Numbered from the stretch's first letter, positions 43,451 to 55,083 are shown. The stretch is DNA of 64,000 bases from Histomonas meleagridis 2922-C6/04-290x (GCA_020184695.1 JAANOX010000070.1:1-64000), one strand, 5' to 3'. Made by a program: numbers and translations. The notes: a model not told the origin generated them from the letters alone.

Positions 43451-44342
43451 TTATTTATTGGCACCTTTTTCAAGAAGCAATTTAACTATTTCGGTTTTAC
43501 CATAGGTAGAAGCATAAACAAGTGCACTTTTAAATGTTTTTAATATTTTCCCTCTGATATTTTGAAACACCAAATCATTAGGAAGTTATACGTTGAGCAT
43601 TGATATCAATTCCTTCTTTCTCAAGAAGTATTTTAACTATTTCAATATTACCAGCTCCAGATGCTAAAACAAGTGCTGTTTGAAATTACATGAATAATTT
43701 CCAAATATTATCCTGAAATTAAATTTTATTTAAGAGAATATTCGATAAGATAAATAAAAATTTTCAGCATTAATATCAATTCCTTCTTGTTCAAGGAAAA
43801 GCTTTACAACTTCTGGTAAATTCATAAAACATGCAAGCATTAAAGGTGTAAAAAATAATTCAAATAATTTCCATTAAATTATTGTAATAAATTTCGAATA
43901 AAACAAATGAAAATTTTTAGCATTAATATCAAATCCTTTTTGCTTAAGAAATAACTTTACTATTTCTATGCGCTGATTTGTAGATGCTAAAAAAAAAGCT
44001 GTATTAAATATTTCGAATAAATTCCAAATATTCCTTTTAAATTCTGTACTAATGAAAAAAATATTTAATAAAATAAGCAAATTTCTTGAGCATTAATATC
44101 AATTCCATCTTGTTCGAGAAGTAATTGAACTATTTCTTTATAACCATTTACAGATGCTTTTATAAGTGCTGTTTCAAATAATATGAATGATTTCCAAATG
44201 TTATTTTTAATTTTCAAGTCATTAAGACATAATCGAAATAAAACGAATAAATATCTTTAGCATTAATATCAATGCCTTTTTGTTCTAGAATATATTGAAC
44301 AACTTCAGTGTTACCAGATAATGAAGCAAAAACCAAAATATC
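43451..44342 (-). repeat. tandem array of 6 ankyrin cores, spacing 170/170/153/170/151 nt
   Basis: Read manually on the reverse complement; core starts 44342, 44172, 44002, 43849, 43679, 43528. Confidence 0.9.
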
Positions 44343-45482
44343 ATTTGGAATTTGATTATTTTGGAGAAAATGTTTAATTAGATATAAATTTCCAATTTTT
44401 GCTGCTTCATTTATTGCGTTTTCACCTGCTTTAGTTCCTTCTTCATTTTCTAAAAACGAAATAATTTCATAGTTTCCATAACTAACACAAAACTTCATTA
44501 TATCATCATGTTTTTCTTCAAATTTTTTTTCATAAACATATTTAAATACATCATTTTGATGGAATTCAATTGCTGTTTCATATGCTTTATCAAATGATGA
44601 ATGATTTTGTTCACATAAATGAATAATTTCTTCATTTCCACATGCAATTGCATATTTACCTGCATTAATTATATTTGCACCATTCATAAGTAAATATTTA
44701 AAACATTTAACTGATCCAAAAAATGCTGCATAATCAATTAATCTAACATTATATTTATTAACAAATGAACATCTTTCATAAAGTGATGGCTCAATTTCTT
44801 GGTTAAAATCAAAATTTGATTGTGATGATATCTCTTGAAGTTTTAGGATTTCATCTTTTCGGATAATTTTTGCAATTTCATTTGGATTAACTCCTTCTTC
44901 AATTAATTGCTTATGAAGTTCCCAATCATTCTTTGAAAGCTTTTCTCGATTTTTTTCAAATTGCTTCAAAAATAGTGTGAATTGTAAATTCATTATTTCT
45001 ATATTGGACTTATAATGTGCAAAATATGGTGAATCAATTTTTTTTGTGATGTTTACGTCAATTAAATTTCGTTCAATCATTTTCTCAATGAGATAATATG
45101 CTTCATGTGTTTTAAATTTTGAGATATGTTCAACAAAAGTTTCAATGATTTTATTATTGGTAATTTCTTCTTCTTTTGTTTGAATTATTTCTAAATAACT
45201 TATTAAGAAATTAATATTATTTTTTTGTGAACAAAATGAAAAATAAATTAAGTCACTTATGACAAAATTAAATGAAAGCGGTAAATTATTATCAAATAAC
45301 TTCATTGTTTGCTGTATTGACAACTCAATATTTCCTTCATTTAAATTAAATATAATTTTATATAAAGAATTTAATATTTTCATGTTTTCATCTGATTTTT
45401 TTGTAGTTTCATTTTCTCTTTTTAAAGTATTGTTATTTTCAGTTACTTCTAAAATATTTTGTTTTTTAGTATTTGGAAGCAT
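43451..45482 (-). CDS. second DUF3447 + ankyrin gene; 5 C-terminal ankyrin repeats each preceded by the same type of insert
   Basis: ORF 44214-45482 is a clear paralogue of 26365-27516. Further intact cores start at 44172, 44002, 43849, 43679 and 43528. The last ends ..LLLEKGANK* at 43451. Confidence 0.8.
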
Positions 45483-45748
45483 AAAAAATAATTTGGGGTG
45501 CCCTAAAACCCGATGATTATTTTGTTTCTTTGTACCAAATTTAACGATGATGTTAATGAAAATTCTTTTAATATTTATCAGGTTAATTAATTATAGCAAA
45601 TTTTAATTCACTTTTTTTTTTAACACAATAATTTGATTACAATTAATTTCATCAAATTGATTTAAAAAGTTAAAAAATTTATATAAAAAAATACGAATAT
45701 TTTTATTAATGAAAGGTCACAAGTTCAAATAGATAGCTATTGCGTTTA

Positions 45749-47866
45749 TTATCCATTTTTCTGAAAGAAATCGTTTTCTTTAAAGTCTTCAGCGAAAGGA
45801 TCTTCATCCACATTCGAGAAGTTCATAGCATTATTCATTGATATATCAGTTGTTTCATTATTCATATTTTCATGATCAATTTCGGTACTAATTTTTTTAT
45901 TTTTATGCACAAAAATTACAACTACAACTATGATAATTATAATAACTACAACAGCAACACAAACAGAAATGATGATTATCAAATTATTACTTTTTTTATC
46001 ATTTATTTCATTGTTATCATTATAATTCAATGTATAAAATCCGGAATAATATGAAACATATAATGAATATTGTATAACTGTATAATCATAATAAACAAAC
46101 GAAGTATTAACATATGAATATAATGAACCAAACTTAGAAAGTGTTAACGAGTTAATGTAAATTGTTTTCGGTACAATTGTTAATGTAATTGACTCAGTAA
46201 ATATCAATGTATATGTTCCATTAAATTGCTCTGATGTTAGAAGTGTATTCGAATTAGAAAATGTATTCGATTGACTATTAGTATTTGACTGTGTAAATTT
46301 GTCTGATTTAGTTAATGTATTTGATTTAGTGTATGTATTCGATTGTATGAATGTATTCGAATTAGAAAATGTATTTGACTGTGAAAATATATTCGATTTG
46401 GAAAATGTATTAGATTTTGTGAATGTAAGTGTTGGCCATGAATATTGTTCACATTGTTCAATTGGCGTTTCTTTATTTACAGATAATAGACCAAATGTTG
46501 AGCCATCATATAAATTAGATGTCATAACAGTAGTTACTGATGTACTACTAAATGCTTCGTTACTTACAGTTGTTGGTGCCTTATAACCAGTGAAATATAT
46601 ACATTTAAGGTTAGAACAGTTACCAAATGAATACATACCAATTGATGTAACTGATTCTGGAATTATAATATTAGTAAATACACAATTATAAAATGAATAC
46701 ATGCTAATTGTTGTGACTGAATTTGGTATTACAATATTTGTTAATTTACTTGAATAAAATGAATAACTTTCAATTGATATAACAGTGTTTGGTATTTCAA
46801 ATTGTGTATTAGTAATTCCAATTGGATAACATATTATTTTCGTATAATATTTGTCATAAAGAATTCCATTAATATCCTTACTAAAAACAGAATTTTCATC
46901 GGATACATCAAAAAATGTAAGACTACTGCATTCTGTGAAAGAAGTTGTTTCTATTTTAGTTACTGATTGCGGAATTGTGATTCTTTCCAATGAAGCGCAT
47001 TGGCGAAATGCATTTAGAGAAATTGTTGTAATTACATTAGTTTTCATATTAACACTTGATAATGATCTGCATTGATAAAATGCATTATTTCCAATCGATT
47101 GAACACTTTCTCCAATAATTACTGATTTTAATGATGAACATAAAGAAAACAGAGAATTTCCAATTAAAGTGACTGAATTACCAATTTCTGCTGAAGCTAA
47201 TAAAGGAAATTGAGAAAAAACATTAGTTCCGTCAATATTATTATAAATGATAGCATGAGTTACAGCATTTATTTCTGGATAAGTAAGAGAATTATAATCA
47301 TCAGAACTGTATATAATAAGTGTTCCGTTGTCATGGAATGTTTCAAATGTTTGTGTAAGGAAAAAAAGAAATAGGATTTTGTAATTATATTTCTTTTTGT
47401 TTCGTCCAAATTTTACAAAGGAAATTCTTATTTCAAAGAAAAATAATATAAAGAAAATAACAAATATAAATAATTTGAAAGTTTGTGAAGAATTAAAGTC
47501 AACTAAATATTTAGAATTAACATTAACATGTTCATTGCTTATAGGAATCATTGAATTACCAATACTTAAATTTCTTTTGACTGTTGTTGTGAGTATAAAT
47601 GAGCGTTTTGATAAGAAATACCTTGAAAAAATATCAAAAAATATTTGATTATTTTGTGAACAACTAAAATTCCTGATAAAACGAGAATAAAATAAGCAAG
47701 GATATTTTGCTTCATTTGTATTTTGATCATTATTTGCATATAAATCACTACTAGATTTAAATCTTTGACCACTTACATTGCTCTTAAAGAATATCTTATC
47801 AGTAAATATGGGTGTATGGTGGAAAGTTTGTGTACAAATTATTAGCATCCAAGGAAGTGAGTGCAT
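45749..47866 (-). CDS. BspA-like (TpLRR) leucine-rich-repeat surface protein
   Basis: Repeats of type SVTLIGNSLFSLCSSLKSVII / TIPQSVTKIETTSFTECSSL, FTxSN stalk repeats, TM segment, tail EDPFAEDFKE. True start codon uncertain. Confidence 0.9.
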   Translation of the reverse strand: MHSLPWMLIICTQTFHHTPIFTDKIFFKSNVSGQRFKSSSDLYANNDQNTNEAKYPCLFYSRFIRNFSCSQNNQIFFDIFSRYFLSKRSFILTTTVKRNLSIGNSMIPISNEHVNVNSKYLVDFNSSQTFKLFIFVIFFILFFFEIRISFVKFGRNKKKYNYKILFLFFLTQTFETFHDNGTLIIYSSDDYNSLTYPEINAVTHAIIYNNIDGTNVFSQFPLLASAEIGNSVTLIGNSLFSLCSSLKSVIIGESVQSIGNNAFYQCRSLSSVNMKTNVITTISLNAFRQCASLERITIPQSVTKIETTSFTECSSLTFFDVSDENSVFSKDINGILYDKYYTKIICYPIGITNTQFEIPNTVISIESYSFYSSKLTNIVIPNSVTTISMYSFYNCVFTNIIIPESVTSIGMYSFGNCSNLKCIYFTGYKAPTTVSNEAFSSTSVTTVMTSNLYDGSTFGLLSVNKETPIEQCEQYSWPTLTFTKSNTFSKSNIFSQSNTFSNSNTFIQSNTYTKSNTLTKSDKFTQSNTNSQSNTFSNSNTLLTSEQFNGTYTLIFTESITLTIVPKTIYINSLTLSKFGSLYSYVNTSFVYYDYTVIQYSLYVSYYSGFYTLNYNDNNEINDKKSNNLIIIISVCVAVVVIIIIIVVVVIFVHKNKKISTEIDHENMNNETTDISMNNAMNFSNVDEDPFAEDFKENDFFQKNG
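46250..46432 (-). repeat. 18-nt coding repeat (T/I-F-x-x-S-N) in the BspA stalk; similar repeat at ~35835-35975
   Basis: TFTKSN TFSKSN IFSQSN TFSNSN TFIQSN TYTKSN... Confidence 0.8.
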
Positions 47867-48182
47867 GAGTAAAAATATATTTTTGGAGAAAATTTAAATG
47901 ACAAATATTTATTACAACCACACTTGCATTCAAAAATCTTTAATTACGTAAAATCTCGTAATTTTTCAATGAATATTCACCCATTCATTTATCACAAAAA
48001 GTTCAGATAATGAATAAAACCGTCGGCCGGTTCAAATTTCTGGTGGTAAAAATAAAACGCTGAAAAAAAGAGTCAATTCAACATATCGTTTTCAAAATTT
48101 TCTTGTTGTTGTAAACGATAAACGGAAAGACATTTATGAAAATTTTTAATCATCCATATTGACATAAGCTCTTAAAATCCTT

Positions 48183-48743
48183 TTAAAATTCGCTATTTTT
48201 TATGTTTGCAACAAGAACATGTGCAATTCTCTCTTTTTGATTTCCCCATCGTTTTGGAATGTTAAGTTCGCTCTTTTCAGATGGATCTGGAGGATGATGC
48301 AAAGACTTAAGAGCTCTATTTTGAAACGCATTTCCGCCTTGTTTGAGAAGGGAAGCAGATTCTAAATCTGGAACAGAATGATTGGATGGAATTGAAATTT
48401 CTATGAAAGAATCATATATGAAATTAATAAGGGTATAAACACGAACGGAAACATTCCATTCAGAAAACATTTCTGAACAATCAAATTGATTCGTTGATGG
48501 ATCAATCATTGGGTGCATTGTTCCAGGTTGAAATATAACTTTTGGTACCGAGGCAGGAAAGTTCTTGAATTGTATGACAAATGTTAAAATTCTGTCTTGG
48601 AAAAATCCTGCGTGTGGCATTAATGTAACTTGCCATTGAAAAACATTTGCTACATATGGCTGAACAAGTATTCCTTTCCTGAGGCGTTGTGTGCATGCCT
48701 TAAATTCCATGATAATCATTCTTTCGCTGCTTCCAACTTGCAT
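48183..48743 (-). CDS. AKTIP/Ft1-like inactive ubiquitin-conjugating (UEV) protein
   Basis: WQVTLMPHAGFFQ..FTFVIQF-like strand..PKVIF..HPMIDPSTNQFD, with Asp at the E2 catalytic Cys position as in AKTIP. Probable ATG at 48743. Confidence 0.7.
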   Translation of the reverse strand: MQVGSSERMIIMEFKACTQRLRKGILVQPYVANVFQWQVTLMPHAGFFQDRILTFVIQFKNFPASVPKVIFQPGTMHPMIDPSTNQFDCSEMFSEWNVSVRVYTLINFIYDSFIEISIPSNHSVPDLESASLLKQGGNAFQNRALKSLHHPPDPSEKSELNIPKRWGNQKERIAHVLVANIKNSEF

Positions 48744-49104
48744 CTTTTGGGCACTTTTATAACAGAGAACGTTAAGCATGAAATCACTTCAAAGATATTA
48801 CTGCAGCACAAATAAATGATATGCATTTTAATATTAAGTAATCGTTAAGGATAAGATGATGAATTTTAAGCAAATTTTTTTTGACTTAAAAATAATTGCA
48901 ATTTCCATTCCAATATATATATCTGACACACAAGAGGTTTTATCAACAAAAAGGTACACTAATAGAGAACATTAGGATATTATAGTTTTCCATATCAAAT
49001 AGATAAAAAAAGCAAAAATAAATATAAAACATTTAATGCTTTCATATCACATTTCGTTTTACTTTGTTATACCATTTAAAAAGTTTTATCTGAAATATAA
49101 AATA

Positions 49105-52100
49105 ATGAGTAGGGAAAATTTATTGAAGACAATTGATCATCTTGCTGAACAATGGCATATTCTTACTGTTGCTAAGCTTTGCTTATGCGTTAATTTGCCT
49201 CCAACGACATTGACAAATAAAATTCAAGAATTAGAGAAAAATACAAAAATCGGAAATGTTTTCAAAAATGGTTTAAAAATAGCACAAACAAATCCACTAG
49301 ATCAAATAAAACTAATGTCAGATGCTGTTCAAGGCTTAATTTATCAATTTCATTCCGAAGAATCATTTCCAAATTTATTTTCCCAAATGTTACAAAACTC
49401 ACATATTATTATATCATCTATGGATGAAAAGAAAAAATCCACCAAAGCACTTCATACAAAACAAATTGTAGAAGAAGAAAAGTTAACAATGTTTTCACAA
49501 ACTACATGCGATATTTTCGAGTATCTCACAAAGCTTCTTAAAGCTGCTTTAAAGGTCCCTACATTTGATTGTCAAAAAATATCTATTGACACAATATCTA
49601 TTATAATTAATTATCTCCATCATTCTTATCCAAATCACGTCAGAGCTAATGCAGGTGTTATACTATCATTACTTTCAACATCACCCATTCATTTACAAAA
49701 AATCAGTGATGTATTTTGGAAATCATTTGCGAGTTGCAAAAAAGACGATGACTTCCGTAACTTTGCTACCATTATTGATGGCATTGTTAACATTCAGCTT
49801 TCATTTAACACACCAGAACTTACTCAAGCATCTATTCATTTTTTGACAAATTTCACGTCAAATGTAAAAAAGATTGAAAGAGGTGTACTCCGAATGAAAT
49901 TCCTCTCAGCAATACAGTCCATTATTGCCAATTTGGGAAAATCACCAATTGCTGAACAAAATGAACAATTTAACAAAGTCCTCAATGAAATTTGGGAAAT
50001 AGCAATCAAGTGGTCAACCAAACAAAAGCATCTTCTCTTTTGCCTTGATTTTTGTTGTAATATTCTGAAAAATTTATATCCTTCATTTTTCTTATCCCAT
50101 TCTACTCAATATTTTGATTTGCTATGTAAATCAACCAAAGCGCATAATGGCTCTGTAGACTTTTTAAAGTTACTTCATACATCTGTTGAAAATCTTCCAC
50201 GAGAATTTTATCAAGATCATTTTCCTGAAATGCAAGATCTTGTCAAATCAACAATTGTTCCACTCCTTTTCAAAATCACAGACAAGTCACGATCACCACG
50301 CTTCAAGACATCCGAACAAAATGATATTGTTTTGAACATCTTCGTTTCCATCGCACAAAAACAAACATTGCCGGTTACTGACTTTTTGATAATGATGTTA
50401 GACGATCAAAACTCATTGATTGATGTACGAAAAGTACGATTATTTTGCCTTCAATTATTATCGGTTTTAGTCAAAACGATTCCTAATCAATTATCATCAC
50501 ATAACTTAGCATTATATTCTAAAATCCAACCAGTATTATTATCAAACAATTATAAGTCCGAAGAAATGCAATGTGCCATTCAAACATTTCCGACATTTCA
50601 TTCTACAGATTTATCAGTTTTGTCACAGATCTCACAAATTTTATTTGACTTATCTGTAATGGATGGAGTAACAATTTCATCATCTGCGTATTTTTCGTTA
50701 GTTAAATATATAGAAGAACTTGTTAATTTAGAATCAAATTCATTATCACCAATTCATTACATGAAATCTTTATTAGAAAATGTTTTAATATTATCAAAGC
50801 CATTAATAATAAGTAAACTTTCATATTGTTTAGGTATAGCAGAATCATATTGTAAAGCACTAGAAAAAGAAATAAATAAAATTGATGACATTAAAAATGA
50901 TAAATATGAATTAACAATTGAAAAATGGAATAACTTTCGAATATTTATTGATCAAATGTTATTACCTTTAATAGTATATCCTGATGAAGATATCATTAAA
51001 ATGGCTGTTGATATTGAACTTATATTTCTAAGTGAACCATTTTCTAAATTAGATAAACTTTGTAATGAAAATTATCATTTATGTAATTTCCTTAATGAAA
51101 TTAATGCTAAAGATTTAATGATTGAATATTATAAATATATTGAGAAAAATAATGAAAATAATAAAACTTTATTTGATTTAATTGTTGAATATTGGAAAGA
51201 TAATTATGTAAAAATAGATGAAAATTATAATATAAATATAATGAAATTATTATGTATAATGTGTCGAAATAATTGTAATAAAATTCAAATTTTTTATGAA
51301 GAAATATTCGAAATATTTAAACAAATTTCCAATTCATTAAATATAATAAATATAATACAATCATTGATACCTGAAAATTGGATTTCTTTATTGGATAATT
51401 TAAATGATTGGATGAAAGCTAATGGAATTAATTATAATTCATATTGGAATCAAATTACTTATATTTTATATTCGATAATTTCATATAAAAATATAAACGA
51501 AGAAAATAAAAGTCAAAATAAATTAGTCGAACATTTCGAACATTATATTTCTATGATTACAAAATCACAAGATTTAACTGATTATGTAACAATCGAAAAG
51601 TCATTTCAAATCATTTCGAAATATATAATAAATTCTCCGAATAATTTCTCACGAATTAATGAAACATTTCCATATATTGAATATTTACAAGAAATTATTC
51701 AATTTAATAATAACAATAAATATTCGACTTCTTATATTGAAACGATATTATCAACTTATATAATAATATTTAAATATTCGAAAATTGACGATTTATCTGA
51801 TGATATATTTAAATGGATCGGAAAATTTGTTCAATGTTATGAGAAAGATGATCAATATCAAAAGATGATTGTCCAATTACTTGAGACCATCTTACAAAAC
51901 AATCCCAAACTATTACGCAAATATTTAATATTATCATATACAAAATTTGGGTTATTATCATCGAATTATTTATTATCGATATCAAATGTCTTTAAAGATG
52001 AATCTGGAAACTTTGAAACTAAATTTAAAGATGGATATTGTATTATCTTATTAATTATATTAATACATTTACGGAATGATAATTATATTCCACGACAAGC

Positions 52101-54288
52101 AGCACAAAAATTAATGTGTTTATTAATATATTCGAAAGAAGTATTTTCGAATGATGTTCCTTCTTCTTTAATGATGTCTTTAACATCACAATCTCCATCA
52201 GGTTATTTAACACAATATTCGCAATTTTTAGAATTTACTTCTAAAAACATCACAACGAAAATTGCGTTTAAAATCTTTGAGTTATTATCTGAAGATTTTA
52301 AATATCTTGAACATTTCCATCAAGCATTAATTATAATGTTAACCAATTTCTTATCATTAATGATACAAGAAACAAACATCGAAAATTCCACATTAATATT
52401 ATATAATTTATCATTACAAAGTAATATAAATGATTTAATAATAGCCGAAGAAATCGAACAAATGTGGATCAAATATTATAAATTAATTAATTCAAATGAT
52501 ATTAATATAATTATTAAACAATTATTTGATATATCAATACAACAAAAAGATTTACAAAGTAAAGAAACATTAACAGCAATTAACTCATTAATATTTGCAT
52601 TTCAAATATATCCAAATAACATTTGTGAATTGTTATTACCAATTGTTTGTAAATATGAAAAACAAATTCCGCAAAATGTAAATGAATTTAAAGAATTTAT
52701 TAAAGAACAAAATATTACATTCGAATTCACTAAAGAAGAAATTATTGCATCGAATATATTATCACAAATCATTTTATTCATTGAAACTAAAGATTTATTC
52801 ATCTCATTATTTATCGATAAACTTTCCGCATTAACATTCTTTGCGATAATGATATATAATTTGGATGAATTTAACATTAATTCATTTTATCCTTTATTAG
52901 ATTCAATATTAAACACTTCTTTATTTAAACTTGCGAAAGATCCAGAACAATTTTCAACAAACTTGAAAATCCTTCAATCAGCAAATTTAATGTCAAAAGT
53001 TACGTCGTTAAATCAACAATTCCAAATATATACAAACGAAACTTCATCAAAACAAATTTTGGCATATGACCAAAAGGCAATACAAAGTTTCGTAGACTTA
53101 CTTTGCCAATGTGATAAGAAATTCAAAAAGAAGTTCTTTAACATAGTGTTCGCAAACGCTTTAAAGGTGACTGATTGCGAAAGATCTTCAGAACCGTTTT
53201 TGATATTGATGGCTTTGGGTGACCAATTTGATTCGAAGAACATATTCCAGTTGTTGTTGTTCTCCATTGTTGCTTTCCAAAATAATCGAACTGAATTAGT
53301 TGACGTATTAATTGATATCATTAATCAAAGATTGTTATCCGATTCATTGGACGAGAAACTATTCCAAGAAGAAGTGATTTCGGTCATTTCCGTGTTTCTT
53401 TTGTATCTTTCAATGGATTGTCGATTTTCTCTTTCTTTACATTTGATCAAAGTAATCAAAGAAATTTCAAGGAAAATATCAAAAATAAATGATACATCGA
53501 CAATACGTATGGAATTGGAGAATTTCTTGATGCTTTTGGGCGGTGATGAATATGCGGCTTCGCTTTACGAAAAGTTTATCGGCGGTTTGAAATCTTTGGG
53601 GGACCCCGCAACCGTCGATATAATCGAGGCACTTTTCGAGTTGGCAAAACTGCTCGGGAACGACGGTTGGTGCTTACTTTTGGCATTACTAACGGACGCT
53701 TATCGGCACTTCATCGGCGTGTACTCAAATAGAACGGTTATGCCCGTTTTGGGTAAAGAAGATGATGAACAATGGAAAGATATTGATTCATTCATGTCTT
53801 ATATAGCAGAGAAGTTCACTGATACAAATTACAAATTATTCGTGGTGAACTTTTATGCAAATGCAATTAAAAATTTCCAAAATAATGATTTGAACAGAGA
53901 AAACGTGGCAATTATGATGATAAGATCATTCTTAAAGGTATCGCAACTGGCATTAGATCCATTGTTAATTGCAAAATTAGTCAAATTATGCTTTTTGATT
54001 TCGATTACAGATTCTGAAAATGAACCTTGCGCAAAACTAATACATGACCTGGTTTCAAATCTGAAGGTGGATCTTCCTGCAGAGAACATGGCATTATATG
54101 ATTTGAAGCCAGAATTCATCGAAATGACTTTCAAGACGATCGGATATTATCAAACTGAAAAAAGAACAGTTGTATCACCAAAATCATTGCCGTTTTTCCC
54201 AACATTCATGATCGGAAAAGTAGATCCGAAGAAAGTTATTGAAACACTATTTCCATTTATTTCCTCGAAACTTGAAGCAATTTCATGA
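49105..54288 (+). CDS. large HEAT/ARM scaffold, Furry/TAO3/Mor2-like
   Basis: About 1730 aa, all helical. WEIAIKWSTKQKHLLFCLDFCCNIL resembles the MOR2-PAG1 N-terminal segment (..SSRKKH..). Probable ATG at 49105. Confidence 0.55.
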   Translation: MSRENLLKTIDHLAEQWHILTVAKLCLCVNLPPTTLTNKIQELEKNTKIGNVFKNGLKIAQTNPLDQIKLMSDAVQGLIYQFHSEESFPNLFSQMLQNSHIIISSMDEKKKSTKALHTKQIVEEEKLTMFSQTTCDIFEYLTKLLKAALKVPTFDCQKISIDTISIIINYLHHSYPNHVRANAGVILSLLSTSPIHLQKISDVFWKSFASCKKDDDFRNFATIIDGIVNIQLSFNTPELTQASIHFLTNFTSNVKKIERGVLRMKFLSAIQSIIANLGKSPIAEQNEQFNKVLNEIWEIAIKWSTKQKHLLFCLDFCCNILKNLYPSFFLSHSTQYFDLLCKSTKAHNGSVDFLKLLHTSVENLPREFYQDHFPEMQDLVKSTIVPLLFKITDKSRSPRFKTSEQNDIVLNIFVSIAQKQTLPVTDFLIMMLDDQNSLIDVRKVRLFCLQLLSVLVKTIPNQLSSHNLALYSKIQPVLLSNNYKSEEMQCAIQTFPTFHSTDLSVLSQISQILFDLSVMDGVTISSSAYFSLVKYIEELVNLESNSLSPIHYMKSLLENVLILSKPLIISKLSYCLGIAESYCKALEKEINKIDDIKNDKYELTIEKWNNFRIFIDQMLLPLIVYPDEDIIKMAVDIELIFLSEPFSKLDKLCNENYHLCNFLNEINAKDLMIEYYKYIEKNNENNKTLFDLIVEYWKDNYVKIDENYNINIMKLLCIMCRNNCNKIQIFYEEIFEIFKQISNSLNIINIIQSLIPENWISLLDNLNDWMKANGINYNSYWNQITYILYSIISYKNINEENKSQNKLVEHFEHYISMITKSQDLTDYVTIEKSFQIISKYIINSPNNFSRINETFPYIEYLQEIIQFNNNNKYSTSYIETILSTYIIIFKYSKIDDLSDDIFKWIGKFVQCYEKDDQYQKMIVQLLETILQNNPKLLRKYLILSYTKFGLLSSNYLLSISNVFKDESGNFETKFKDGYCIILLIILIHLRNDNYIPRQAAQKLMCLLIYSKEVFSNDVPSSLMMSLTSQSPSGYLTQYSQFLEFTSKNITTKIAFKIFELLSEDFKYLEHFHQALIIMLTNFLSLMIQETNIENSTLILYNLSLQSNINDLIIAEEIEQMWIKYYKLINSNDINIIIKQLFDISIQQKDLQSKETLTAINSLIFAFQIYPNNICELLLPIVCKYEKQIPQNVNEFKEFIKEQNITFEFTKEEIIASNILSQIILFIETKDLFISLFIDKLSALTFFAIMIYNLDEFNINSFYPLLDSILNTSLFKLAKDPEQFSTNLKILQSANLMSKVTSLNQQFQIYTNETSSKQILAYDQKAIQSFVDLLCQCDKKFKKKFFNIVFANALKVTDCERSSEPFLILMALGDQFDSKNIFQLLLFSIVAFQNNRTELVDVLIDIINQRLLSDSLDEKLFQEEVISVISVFLLYLSMDCRFSLSLHLIKVIKEISRKISKINDTSTIRMELENFLMLLGGDEYAASLYEKFIGGLKSLGDPATVDIIEALFELAKLLGNDGWCLLLALLTDAYRHFIGVYSNRTVMPVLGKEDDEQWKDIDSFMSYIAEKFTDTNYKLFVVNFYANAIKNFQNNDLNRENVAIMMIRSFLKVSQLALDPLLIAKLVKLCFLISITDSENEPCAKLIHDLVSNLKVDLPAENMALYDLKPEFIEMTFKTIGYYQTEKRTVVSPKSLPFFPTFMIGKVDPKKVIETLFPFISSKLEAIS

Positions 54289-54381
54289 AATAAATAAATG
54301 CCACTTTGAAATCACGAATATTATTCATAATCAATTGATAAAAATATTTGGAACAGCAGGAATTGACAAAATCAAAAAAAT

Positions 54382-54462
54382 CGACACGAGCCGGATTTGA
54401 ACCGACGCGGGTAAACCCATGAGGTTTCGAATCTCACGCCTTAACCACTCGGCCATCGTGCC
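54382..54462 (-). tRNA. tRNA-Ser(CGA)
   Basis: GGCACGA/TCGTGTC acceptor stem, GCCGAGTGGTTAAGGC D arm, anticodon loop TT-CGA-AA, long variable arm, GTCGG-TTCAAAT-CCGGC T arm; 81 nt. Confidence 0.95.
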
Positions 54463-54612
54463 TCTGTTCTCTATTTATTTTAGAAGCTTTTAAATAGAAA
54501 ATTATTATAAATCAGTAAATAAAAATTCTGAGTCAAATGAGATACAATATTTTCTGATAAATTTAAATTACAAAAAAATGAATATGAATGTATAATATAC
54601 TTGTATTATGTT

Positions 54613-54924
54613 TTAATCAAATAGGTCATCAAAACCACCTGCCAATTCAACAACTTCTTCTTCCTCTTTCTTTTCTTCTTCCTTAACTTCTGTTGTTGCT
54701 GCCGCTGCTGGAGCTGCGGAACCACCACCGACAACAGCAAGTTTTGAAGAACCTTCCTTGATAAGTTCTTCAATGTTCTTTCCGTTTAATTTTTCAAGAA
54801 GGGCATCAATTGCTTTTGCATCAACTTGAATTCCAACACTTTCTAATATTGAAGTGATTTTTTCTTTTGATGGAGAAGCATCACCACCGGCTTGAGCAAG
54901 AAGATATGCTGCGATGTACTTCAT
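54613..54924 (-). CDS. RPLP2: 60S acidic ribosomal protein P2
   Basis: MKYIAAYLLAQAGGDASPSKEKITSILESVG, acidic hinge, GGFDDLFD end. Confidence 0.96.
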   Translation of the reverse strand: MKYIAAYLLAQAGGDASPSKEKITSILESVGIQVDAKAIDALLEKLNGKNIEELIKEGSSKLAVVGGGSAAPAAAATTEVKEEEKKEEEEVVELAGGFDDLFD

Positions 54925-54930
54925 TTGCTT

Positions 54931-54950
54931 AAAGGAAGACCATAACCGTT
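54931..54950 (-). promoter_or_regulatory. M3 (AACGGTTA) + M5 (CCTTT) core promoter of RPLP2
   Basis: Minus-strand AACGGTTA (54943-54950) and CCTTT (54931-54935) just upstream of the ATG at 54924; same spacing as at RPS15A. Confidence 0.65.
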
Positions 54951-55083
54951 TTCGAGAAGCCACTTTTACGTAAATTTGCCGTTTGTGAACCAGAAAAAGA
55001 GGAACTGTACAAATTTGAGTCAAAAAAGTCTGGTCACTTCACACGAAGGACAAAAAATAATTGTAAAGTATTTAATCGCAAAA

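Noticed and set aside
5214-54288. MOB4 and the Furry-like gene as a functional Hippo/RAM gene cluster
   Set aside because: They are 43 kb apart with many unrelated genes between them; co-occurrence is probably chance.
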